Shown one piece after another: positions 1-11,580 of a stretch of DNA of 64,000 nt. Below the pieces are notes generated by a model. That model was given only the letters and a program-made list of their open reading frames with translations. It was not told the origin of the DNA and did no database searches. The DNA lies in contig CM106585.1 in assembly GCA_048013815.1 (NCBI GenBank), positions 23,932,001 through 23,996,000 of the forward strand, written 5' to 3'. Made by a program: the position numbers and the translations under genes. The DNA is from Setoptus koraiensis (taxonomy: Eukaryota > Animalia > Arthropoda). Positions within the stretch are counted from its first letter, which is position 1, and each line of letters starts with the position of its first letter.

Positions 1-1068
1 AGTCGGATGCCACAAAACCTTCTCGATTTCGCCACATATCTTCCATCTATTGATAGAATCACTACTCCTTGTGTCTATCAACGATATGTTTTTGCTTAGA
101 TCACCAGCCAATAATAAATGAGGCTCTACATAATTGAATTCTACAGAAGATATTTTCCCAGGCATCTTGATTTTGCTATGAGATTTGCATTCATCTAAGT
201 TCCATAATCTAACAGTTTTATCAGCACTTCCACTGGCCATAATATTTTTTAATATAGTATTCCAACTTAGATCTATTGTTGCGTCTTTGTGGCCTTCTAG
301 GTGGGCCAGAGGTTCAATAACATCGACAACATCAAGGTCCCACAAGTTTATTCCAGGATTCATGTCTCCAACAGCAGCGTAGTTGTGATTGCTTTCGCCT
401 TTAGCGTATCCTAAAGCAAGAACACAACATGGGTAATCTGTGAGTATGATATCATGATGTAAATAGAATTCTTTTTCTTCGTTATCGTAGACGTAAACTT
501 CAAGAGATGAAGATCCTTTGCTAACATGACCGCAAACAATCAAATTGTTCGTTGGTTTTATAGTGAGGTCATCTTCTTCATCTTCGTCGCTCGCGGCTTC
601 TTGATTATCTTGTAAATAGGGATCTTCCCGATTTGAAGCATAGTAGGTAAGAGCGGCCAAGTCCCTGGCTAGATCTTGCTCTCCACTGACGCCCGCGATC
701 TCTTCATCGTCATCATCACTTGCACAATTCTCCAAGCTGGCTCTGATATTATCATCGTCATAGTCATCCAGACCATATTCTTGCATAATGGCAACATCAT
801 CTTCATCTAAATTCATTCTGATTCCATTGAGTGATGCGTCTTGGCCCGCAGTTTCCATTGGTTGTTCGCCATCCTTCTCGACAGATTGAGTTGTTGCCCG
901 TGATCTCTTAACCAACTTATCTCTATTTTCTTTTGCCTTATTCTTCGCCGACTCTATAACTACACGTAGTTGTTCTGGTTCCAATCTCAATCGTTCTGGA
1001 TTAGACTTGGCGACACCCCGTGCAATCCAGTGAGTGCACGGAAATATATTCGCTGTCGGTGGGGGCAT
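1..1068 (-). CDS. PWP1: Periodic tryptophan protein 1 homologue (WD40 ribosome-biogenesis factor), 5' part; runs off the window edge
   Basis: Absent from the ORF track (no stop in the window). Manual translation from ATG at 1068 gives an open 356-codon frame: MPPPTANIFPCTHWIARGVAKSNPE, an acidic stretch with EYGLDDYDD and YYASNREDPYL, LTIKPTNNLIVCGH, LEVYVYDNEEKEFYLHHDIIL, INLWDLDVVDVIEP, GHKDATIDLSWN, MASGSADKTVRLWNL. These match the PWP1 N-terminus and WD repeats. No intron in this part. Confidence 0.9.
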   Translation of the reverse strand, partial: MPPPTANIFPCTHWIARGVAKSNPERLRLEPEQLRVVIESAKNKAKENRDKLVKRSRATTQSVEKDGEQPMETAGQDASLNGIRMNLDEDDVAIMQEYGLDDYDDDNIRASLENCASDDDDEEIAGVSGEQDLARDLAALTYYASNREDPYLQDNQEAASDEDEEDDLTIKPTNNLIVCGHVSKGSSSLEVYVYDNEEKEFYLHHDIILTDYPCCVLALGYAKGESNHNYAAVGDMNPGINLWDLDVVDVIEPLAHLEGHKDATIDLSWNTILKNIMASGSADKTVRLWNLDECKSHSKIKMPGKISSVEFNYVEPHLLLAGDLSKNISLIDTRSSDSINRWKICGEIEKVLWHPT

Positions 1069-2238
1069 GGACACAGTTATATAGTTAGTGTTTTTTTTTC
1101 GATAAATAGTACCAAAGCATAAAATATTGTGAACAATATGTAATGTTGAACGATTTATATCAGTTTGATGTATTTGGTTGTTTCAAGGGATAAATAATAA
1201 TAATGGGAAAAGAATTTGATGATACATATGTATTTTTATAAGTATGTTTCATTTCTGACTTCAGTTACACTTGCGCACAAAATGTTTTGGCCAGGGGATG
1301 GCACACGTATGCCGATTTTGTGAGCAGAACTTTATGAACACTGGCATGAGAACACATAGGGTGGCCGCGTGGATACTGAGAGGACCCTGTACGTCCCATC
1401 TAATCGATCCCATCACCGAATACTTCTTCACTTCCTCTGAACTACCTCAACACCCAAACATACACTTCGTATCACATGTATCTCAGGCTAACAATATCCG
1501 AAAGACGCTTCATCTCACAAGGGGACCGTGGAACGACAATATTACCACTGATGAATATTCACATGTTCATATTCACACACGAATATATTCACTAACAGCA
1601 TATGAATAGTAGTGTTTGTATCCCGAACACTTGGGCTGTGCACTTCATTCGATAATCTTACATACAGAATCACGATATTCACAAGCTCGTATCCCTCAGC
1701 GCCTGTAGTATACCTTCTAGTCGGCAACATAACGTAGCCGTTACAGTATGAACAGCCGATGCGCCACCTCGCGTCGAAAAACACGCACACTCATAGGCTA
1801 GAATGAGTGCTCAATTAAATCAAAATAAATAAACATTTAACGTAACACTTTACCCTTGTATGTGCATCAAACACGATCTGCGCGCCCCTGGCGGAATTAT
1901 GTTTGCAACAGACGATTAGCATTGAGAAAAGCGCACACAGTGTGCCTGGGAGCCTGTGTGCTCTTGCACGCAGAGTCGGTGAGATACATGAGATTACACC
2001 CAGTATGCTGCGTTCACTTGCACTGAACAAAGAAAGCTGTTGGCGCCGCCGCCCGAGTGCGACCCCCAATTGAACAGCATGGATTGCGCATTGACATTCG
2101 CCTTTTGGTCGGCGATACCGATTCCAATAAAACATCCCAGTGTGCTGTTGTAGCCATTATTATCATTACATATTACTTCAAAATACTGTATTGTTATTAT
2201 TATTATTTTATTATAACATACCTTTAATTAAATCAGCC

Positions 2239-5200
2239 ATGACTCCTCAATCGGGAGGGAGCATTCAAAGCCTGTTGGAGAAGGTAGGCATTTTCACAGT
2301 GTCTTGTCATCGTTAATTTTAATATTCGTTTATTGACACAATATCTCTATCCCTCTCTCTCTCATTAGATGACTTCCAACGACAAGGACTTCAGATTTAT
2401 GGCCACCAACGACCTCATGACGGAACTTCAAAAAGAAAACATCAAACTAGATGAGGACAGCGAACGGAAAGTGACCAGAATGCTGTTGCGCCTGCTCGAG
2501 GACAAAAACGGCGAAGTCCAGAATCTAGCCGTACGATGTCTTGGACCTCTTGTAAACAGGATCAAAAACGACCAGATACAGACGCTCATCAACAGTTTAT
2601 GCTGCAACATGATGAGTGATAGGGAGCAGCTGAGAGATATCTCCTCTATCGGGCTCAAGACCGTAATCTCGGAGGTGCCCATTACGGAGGCAATGATATC
2701 GATCATTAGCAAAGAATTAAATCCAAAACTTGTCAGTGCCATCACAAATATCAAGGACATGAGTGTGCAATTGGAATCATTGGAGATTTTGTCTGATTTA
2801 ATTAACCGTATTGGATCGCAATTAGTGGATTTTCACAAACAGATACAACAGGCGCTACTGAATCAGCTGATTTCAGACAGGCTTGCAGTTAGAAAACGGT
2901 CCATCAATGCCTTATCACATCTCATGATCTGTTGCTCACTTGATTTGTACAATGACACCATGGAAGAAATTCTGAAAAGATTGCATGTTTTGTCTCCGCA
3001 ATCCTCTCAAGATATCGAGCAGTTCTCTGACCAATCATCAAATCGTTATTTATCCTCTAGAACACTACTTCAGTGTCTAGCATCAATTGTGAGGGCTGCC
3101 GGTCATAGAACGAATGCCGATCAGTTGGAGAAACTAATACCTGTCGTTATCATCTATTGTCATGTGCAGGATGATGAACTGAAAGAGTTTTGTTTACAAA
3201 ACTTTGAGGCATTCGTTCGACGTTGTCCTGTGGATATCGCACGCTATTTAGGAGATATTATCCGAATATGCTTGACCAATATATCCCATGATCCCAATTA
3301 TAACTACGACGACGATGATAATGACGACGAAGATATGGAAATGGATGGTCCAGATGAAGATGGTGGCTCAGCCGATGAGTTCTCGGATGACGACGACTTA
3401 AGCTGGAAGGTGCGACGTGCTAGCGCCAAATGTCTCGAGGCAATAATAACCACACGTCCAGACATGGTTAGCGACTTCTATGTATCGATAGCTCCAACAT
3501 TGGTTGCTCGATTCAGAGAGCGCGAAGAAAGCGTCAAGGTCGACATCCTGCATACATTCATAGCATTACTCAGGCAAACAAGACCTCTGGTAGAGGATTT
3601 CAGTCTCGACAAACAGAACGCACCAGTGCCCATTCTCAAACTAGTGGAAATGATTCCGAATATCGTTAGTAAAGCAACCGGTCAATTGAGGGAAAAGGCT
3701 GTCAAAACGCGTCAAGGGATGTTTAACATGTTCACAGAGATTATGCACGTTTTGCCTGGTGCCCTTGCACAACACATTGCTTCACTCATGCCCGGCATTC
3801 TGTATTCTTTAGCCGATAAGAACTCCACATCAAATATGAAGATTGATGCCTTGGCCTTCGTCAATGAGTTACTCAAAACTCACCCACCTCAAGTGTTCCA
3901 CCCACACATACATGTGATTTTACCCGCAGTTGCCAACTCAGTTGGAGATTCCTTCTACAAAATATCTTCAGAAGCTTTAATGGTTCTAGCTCAAATCGTG
4001 CGCGTCATAAGACCTATGGATGAACCAAATTTGGCTAATTTTTCTCAGTTTGTCCCAATGATATATGATAGAACCCTAGAAAAGATGGCTGCTGTTGATT
4101 TGGATCAAGAAGTCAAAGACCGAGCCATTTGTTGCATGGGTCAAGTGATAGCATCTTTTGGGGATATTCTTCAGGACAACTTAGCAGTCGCTCTTCCAAT
4201 GTTCACGGAGAGACTCAATAATGAAGTTACGAGACTAACTTGCATAAAAGCTTTGATTAAGATAACAACATCTCCACTAAACATCGACCTACAGTGCATA
4301 TTCCCGGAGGCATTCTTGGTGTTGTCATCTTTCTTGAGGAAGAATGCTCGACCTCTTAGGTTGAGCACTTTAACTTTGATTGAATCGACAGTGAAAAGAT
4401 CATCAAGTTTACTCAATGCTGCAACTGTGGAATGTATCCTCGCTGAAACACCAATTCTAATCAATGAAAGTGACTTACAAGTATCTCAGTTGACCTTAAA
4501 CATGTTGAACACAATTATTAGAACTCATCAAGCTTTCTTGCCCATCATACCACAAACTATTTTGCCGGAAGCACTGCAGCTCATTAGATCACCGTTACTC
4601 CAAGGGTCAGCACTTCAATCCATGCTGAATTTCTTGAATACAATAGTTCAAAGTTCATTCCCTGGCCTTGACCATAGCGCTCTATACATAAGATTAATCG
4701 AGCCAGTATATAAAGGTATGGCTCTGCACAAACAAGCCTACTTATCGACCGCTAAAGCAGTGGCAGCAATATCAATAGATGATAATAACAGAGCACTACA
4801 GACAGTAAGACAATTAATGAACGACTTCAGAGCATACAAGGATAAAGATAACATCCACTCATTGGTTTTATTGTCGATTGGTGAAATAGGGAAGAGCGTT
4901 GATTTGGGACAAATGCCGGAGTTACGTGAGATATTGTTAGAGGCATTCAGTTCTTCATCGGAAGATGTTAAATCTTCAGCAAGTTATGCGCTTGGTTGTG
5001 TTGCTGTTGGTAATCTACCGCTATTCCTTCCATTCATTTTGAAGGAAATAGAAGTTCGTAACAGACGGCAATACCTTCTTTTGCATTCACTGAGGGAAGT
5101 CATATCATGCGGGTTCGTGGATTCTCAGATAGTAGATCAACATCTTGAATCAATATGGTCACTACTCTTGAAACATTGCGAATGTCCTGAGGAGGGTACG

Positions 5201-6171
5201 CGTAACGTAGTATCAGAGTGTCTTGGCAAGCTGACTCTGTTGAAACCCGCTTTACTGCTTGATCGTCTACGACAGTATATAAAATCAGAGTTTAGCCAAT
5301 CACCGTTGGCCAAGGGTACAGTAGTCACAGCTATAAAATTCACGATTACTGATCAACCTCAAGAAATAGATGATTTGTTACGTTCCTGTATTGGTGATTT
5401 CTTAGTGACCCTTCGAGACAAAGATATAAATGTCAGACGGGTCGCTCTGATAACATTTAACTCAGCCGCCCACAATAAGCCATCTCTGATACGAGATCTA
5501 CTGTTTGAAGCTCTCCCCAAACTATACGAGGAGACATTAGTAAAACCAGAGTTAATACGTGACGTAGAAATGGGGCCATTCAAACACTCTGTTGATGATG
5601 GTCTAGACTTGAGAAAAGCAGCTTACGAATGCATGTATACCCTTTTGGACACATGTCAGGCCCAGTTGGATATCTTCGAATTTCTTTCACACGTAGAAGG
5701 AGGTCTCAAAGATCATTATGATATCAAAATGTTGACATATCTTATGTTGGTTAGACTTGCTGCGTTATGCCCATCAGCTGTCATACAAAGTAAGTATCCA
5801 TGAATATGTCTGACATTTTAATTCACTGACAACTTGGAACTATGTGTTTAGAAATATTGACCTTAACAAATTTTCTTCTCGCTTCTCTACTCTTTGCAGG
5901 AATGGATAGATTGATTGAACCGATCAGGGTTGTTTGCGATATGAAACCTAAAAATAATGCTGTGAAACAAGAATATGAGAAACTAGACGAGCTGAAAAGA
6001 TCTGCTCTTAGGGCGTTTGAGGCTTTGCAAAACATAACCGATGCAAAGAAAAATCCTATTGTAGCTCAATTCAATCAAAAAATTCGCACAGATAAAGATT
6101 TATCTCATTTGTACAATTCTATTCAAACAGCAACAAATGGAGATCCAAACAACCAGATGGACCTGAGTTAG
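2239..6171 (+). CDS. CAND1: Cullin-associated NEDD8-dissociated protein 1 (~1245 aa; exons 2239-2283, 2369-5789, 5900-6171)
   Basis: Signatures MTSNDKDFRFMATNDL, DKNGEVQNLAVRCLGPL, DDDDLSWKVRRASAKCL, VEMGPFKHSVDDGLDLRKAAYECMY. Exon 1 MTPQSGGSIQSLLEK|gtaggc supplies the conserved LLEK. Intron 5790-5899 (gtaagt...tttgcag) joins SAVIQ-R-MDRLIEP in frame. AATAAA at ~6185. Confidence 0.97.
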
Positions 6172-9100
6172 ACATTGCATAACAATAAACATACAAGAAT
6201 GTACTGTGTGCGTTTTTTCCAATAGCTTTTTGGTCGTTTTTTTTCTCTCTCCTCCGGGAGCCTGCAGAGTGCACCGGGACACACTACCAAAGACAGAGTG
6301 TATCGGTAAATATTTCAACTGGTTGAAGCTATTCAAAAGATACGATCTTTTCAAAGAGGAAACCTTTCCCACTGATATCCTCGGATTTCGATCCAACCAA
6401 GCAAAACTTATTCAGAGCAACCCCTGGTTAAGGTATGGTAGGTCCTTTCACCTACTTTCGCCTGGCTCGGGTAACATCCTGGTTTTCTGGTATCATATGG
6501 AGCGCTGCACGCTGTGAAAAACACATGGACGCGCTATACACTATTATGTGCAACTCCAATGTAAAACTGGACATTAAAGCGTCGCCAAATATGTGAACAA
6601 TAGCCCGCCTGTGGGGGTAGCGACTAAGTTTGGTTTAGCTCGGGATACATGTTGAATGTTGTTGATGGGTTTTCACTCTGAGTATACTCCAAGTTCACTT
6701 TGATCAGACATTGGTGGCATCTAGCACTTATCACGACTTTTCTTCCTCGTCTGAGTTTTTGTCATGTGTGTTCCGCTAGAGAGAGCAGCGTTGTGTTCAT
6801 TATTGTTAGAAACCTGTTGCTGGTGCGTGCGACTTCCGCATAACTGCGTCCTACAACAAAGAACTAGCGCTAGAAAGAATTCTTGTCGCTATTTTTATCG
6901 CTATAAGTGCACGAACCGAGAAAAAGTTTGGTAAGTGGAGCACCTATTTCTAGAGCATAATGATGGTCAACAAGCACTTGTTGTTGACCACTACGTCAAG
7001 AGTGGTCACACTAATAGCATAGCACTCAGTCTGGATAGTCAATCATATATCGTATATGTGTGTTATACAGACTGTATATGTGCGTGTATGTGTACGCGTA
7101 AGTAGTAGATTGCGGGTTGGCATTGATGGAAGGCAAACATAGTGAGCATAGTTGAGTTTTTAGCAAGAGGATGTAAATAATAAATAATAACGCCGCCATG
7201 TCCATTGAGTAAATTTATTATCGGCATGCAAGCAAGTGTTGGCCAGGAAGTGTGTTTTAACAATGGCCGCTAAATGTAAGCAATGACAGTCCGGCGCACA
7301 TTGATTTTAGATGGTTGAGGCAAATGTCATGTGTCGTTTTATGTTATGTCCAATGGTTGTTGGTAGATAATTGGTAGTGGTCACTACAACAACCAGCGCC
7401 AATTATGCTCAACTAAACATAAAACTAGGCACCATCACCCAGATCGTTTGAGCAACCGGATGAGCGACTTGTCAAACGCTGCAAAGTTTGTTGTTGTTGT
7501 TGTTGCTGTTATTGTTGTTCGGTCGCGCTTGATTACGGTGAGGCGCCATTGCTTTAATAATGCCACTAAACTAACCTACACACAAAACAGCGACAAAGGT
7601 ATAATAGGTGAACCCGTGTTCCGTGCCAGGCACAGTTCACGCTCAAAAGAGACAGAAAATCTCTTTTGCTTTTCATGTCTCTACATGAATGAAGCAACCG
7701 CGCGCCACAACAAAGCAAACTGCACTTACTTTTAATTGGCGGTGGCTCACTACGGATCCAAATTGGTTTGCAATAACTAACGAACGACAGTACCAATGAT
7801 ACTGCCGATGGGCGCCATTGGATGACAGTCATTGAATGATAGCCATTGAATGAGATTTTGCATGTTTGACAATCACCGTGATCAATCTATGCTGTTATCT
7901 GCTGACTAGGTGCCGTCTAAAAAGAGAACGCATCTAGTTAAAGAGATGCTGGCTAATGGCTCAGCGAGTGGTAGAGTATTTTTGCGACAGTTTGTTGTTG
8001 GCCATTTACAAGCTCTAATGCCGACAATTTCTGATCATCATTGTTGTTTGTATGTATGGGTAGCCAATGTGATGGCGATACATATACACATATGGCATGG
8101 TAGTAACATGATAGTGATGGTATAAATGTCACTGTGTGTATCTCATTCAGACAACGACGCATAACTTGAGTTGTTGTTGCTTAGAGCCGCATTGGAATTA
8201 TTTGCTCTCTCTCTCTCTTATCTACAGGTTCTCTTATCACGAGAATCTTTGCCTAGCAGTGATAAATGTCTACCGGTGACCCCAATTGGCTTGTTGTGTT
8301 CAAATGGCTACAACTTGTGCAACTAGAATGTGGCACAAGCTAGATATGTGAAACAAGCAAATTCTTCTATTCTAATTCTATTCAATGGCTACAACATAAA
8401 TCGTGCAATAAACGTGCGCTAATTATAATTGATATATTCACCTGTACTCCAACCTGTAAGATTATGCTCATTGTGAGTTGGTGGTCGGATAATGAGCGCA
8501 CACAATTAATGTTATTAATGTTGCTGGCCCACACAGGAGGCCTGCATGCTGGCTTGTTTCATCGGTGTGGCATCTCAGGCAGTGTGGTAACAGGACAAAG
8601 ATGGGTGCTCTATTCTTGGGCAACGTTGTCATGCAGAGAATATTTGAAATACTTTCACCTCCGCCCGAATGTCGCCTGAGGTGTTTCCAATGGGAGATTA
8701 CAGATGAAAAGATCTGCATCTATCAGCTGGTTGAGTTGAGTTGAGAAAGAAGGCAAGAGAGCAGTTTGTGTGTATGCACCCATGGCTACATTGTTGAGAT
8801 GAGAGTTATTTGCTAGCGGGCAGTGCAAATTTGAACTTTAAGTGGTAGTGGTCATAGTGCGATTGTCAGTATCTTTGTCGTTGGGCTTCTTGCCTGAGCA
8901 CACCGAATGCTTGCTTGTGTGTTATTTGCTTGTGTTTCAGGTGAGTAATTTTGCAGGCAAAAAGAGGCAAGAATGCCAATGCTACTACTGTTCGATTGTC
9001 ACCATCAATCTTTTATCTAGCCACATGCTATCTGGCAGCAATTGTTGTTGTTGGCTCTACCATGTGCCTGTTCCAATGCTAGATGAAAATATACAGATTA

Positions 9101-11480
9101 ACGGTGCCAGTTGCTTGCTTGCTTGCTTGTGAGCCCGCTTGTTTGGTTGCTCGGTCCGACATTGGTCAACATGAGCTTATACCGTTAGCTGATCTTTAAT
9201 CTTTATAAGAATGACCACGCTACAGATGCCATAGCATTGATATCGATATTGGGCATTGATACACAACTACGCCATTCCAAGCCATTGCATGCCACGCTAT
9301 TCTGCATGCTACGCTCTCAGATAGTATCACGTGGCGCATACCTGAAATGCGCTGGTCAGTGGCTGGTCAGTGTGCGATCATATGACTAGAATGGCCGATG
9401 TGTAAATGGATAAATTAAGGGCACAAGGGAAGAAATTTGCATACTTCGAATTTGCTACAGGCACACACACACACACACAATATTTGGGTACACGATGACA
9501 GGTATAGAGATGATCAGGCAACAGAGTCTAGTTAAAGAAGAGCGAGTGACAATATTAGTGTAGTATAGTGCGCGCTCAGGTATGCGCTACTCTTATCCCC
9601 AGTAAGCGCACGAAGAGCGAGTTTGCATTCCTGCTTACTGATGGAATCAGAAGGGAATTTAGAGAAGGACAGAATTGTTGTGTTTGCCAAAAGGAGATTG
9701 ACCATATAAACAAAGCGATCTATTATCCAGGTCCCGATCGAAATAAGCGATATTATACATATGTATCCATAGCGGCAAATGGCAGTATTATTAAATCACC
9801 GATAAGAGGTGACATGATGCTGGGCACCCCCAATGCCAACAGCAGCAATAATAACAATAAAGACTGCAACAGACTGACGCAACCATGACTGATGATTGTG
9901 AGCTGTTGTCGAGTAGAAAAGAGTAACTTTTGCCCACAAAGAGTGTGGCTTCTGGCCTCACGACTCGTGAGTCAGGAGGCGCCAGCTCAAGTGTTAATCA
10001 AGTGTGCTGATAGCTGAGGGCGCCCCGTTGGACCTGGCCACTGGTAGACACCGCAGTAGTCAACTAACTTTTGCACCCATACGAATATTGATAACGCGCC
10101 AACTTGCCCGCCAACAAAAGAGAGAGAGAGAGAGATGATATGTGACTATGCGAATGTGTGAATCTGTTGTGAAAAAGAGGAGACAACAACCGAAATAGAA
10201 TTGAAGCGGCAACAAATAACAGCAGCGATCAAACAATAACAACAACAACCACGAATCTCGCCACTTAAAAAGAGCACCTTTGCCCGGGCACTGCACAAAT
10301 AGAGCTATTGGGAGCCCCAGATAATGTGCTGGCCATAGTGTATTGTGTGTGTGCTGTGCCCACTAACTGTCGGTCAGCACTGTTGGTCAGTGCATTGTTG
10401 GGTAGGGCCCGGCGTGATTTGGTTAAGCCCACAACAATAACAGCACCAGCAACAACAGCAGCAACAACAACAAGCGATCAATATCGTAAAGGGCTGACCC
10501 GTTCACCGTTCGTTTCAGTGCACTGGTCAAGCCGGTTGTTGGCTGGCGCTGGCCTGTTGTGACTCGTGCTTATTTGTTGCTAGCAGTTGATGGCTGGCCT
10601 GTTTGATCGCTTGATGCTTGGTGGGTAGGGTGCTTTTATGGGCACCCACCAATACAACTATTTCGATAATAGTTGGATTAGTTTTAGTTTGGTATAACAA
10701 CAATGCAAATCAATCAGTGCAGCGCCGTCGATGTTCAATGTTGGCGCTCGAATCAACCACCAGTTGAAGATAAATGACACACACACACACACACACACGT
10801 ACATGGGCTGTAAAACATAGGCTGCCAACAATTGTATTGTGTGCACCCAGAGGAGCACCCAGATCTTCAAAATGAATCTGACATTCTCAAACTGAATAGA
10901 GACACTGGACACAACAAGCAAACAACACTGACTAGCCTAGATAAAACTGCTCTACTTTTGTTGCTGCTTTGCTTTTGATGTTAGCGTGTGTTCAATTTAA
11001 ACTCACCAGTTGTCACTTCTCGGCAACTAGTCAATGCTTTCTGCTAACTAAATGGTAAATACTTTCCTATGTAGCGAAAGCGTTGAAACGGGGGCCCGTC
11101 CCATTGTTAGTGACGTGCGATCGGAGCGGCTCAAAATGAGGCGACCAGTGTCGTGTCGTTTGTATCGGCTTAGTTTGTTGGGCGCTTTCGGCTCACAATA
11201 TATCAGTGATATAGTTGTGATGAGGTAAATTTGCATTTGCATGCGGTCCGAGAATAAATGCGACTTAAAACTAACACCGTTGCTCGGTATTTGTCGATGA
11301 TTGTGATTGATCAATGATGCGATCACCAAAAACACTTCACACGCTCTCTAGTTTAGCGACTCTAGACCAACAGCAACCTTTAATTCGAGCCACCAGTTAT
11401 TAGACCATGCCGACTAGACTTGCTGAAATTGTATGGTCATGTTGCACTAGGTGGCATCATGGTCAGACGTCGACAAGCAG

Positions 11481-11580
11481 TACCACGGAGAAGCATAAAG
11501 CACTACGAAGAAGCATAGAGCACCAGAGAGAAGGATAAAGCTCCACAGAGAAGCATAAAGCACCACAGAGAAGCATAAAG
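11481..11580. repeat. 20-bp minisatellite, 5 units (caccacagagaagcataaag)
   Basis: taccacggagaagcataaag / cactacgaagaagcatagag / caccagagagaaggataaag / ctccacagagaagcataaag / caccacagagaagcataaag. Confidence 0.9.

Noticed and set aside
1271-1790. 112-aa and 82-aa ORFs between PWP1 and CAND1; a minus-strand peptide TYRVLSVSTRPPYVF reminiscent of a glutamate-receptor S1 start; gcctgtagt resembling the SRP Alu domain
   Set aside because: No recognisable family. The peptide sits among in-frame stops, and the SRP match is only 9 nt with no S-domain.
2428-5583. Minus-strand ORFs inside CAND1, and similar shadows inside DOK, TMEM63, prominin, ARHGAP39, SULT and Sox
   Set aside because: Antisense or alternate-frame shadows of real CDSs, with no independent homology.
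11481-11580. Regularly spaced repeat as a CRISPR array
   Set aside because: Head-to-tail 20-bp units with no unique spacers, no cas genes, and a eukaryotic context.
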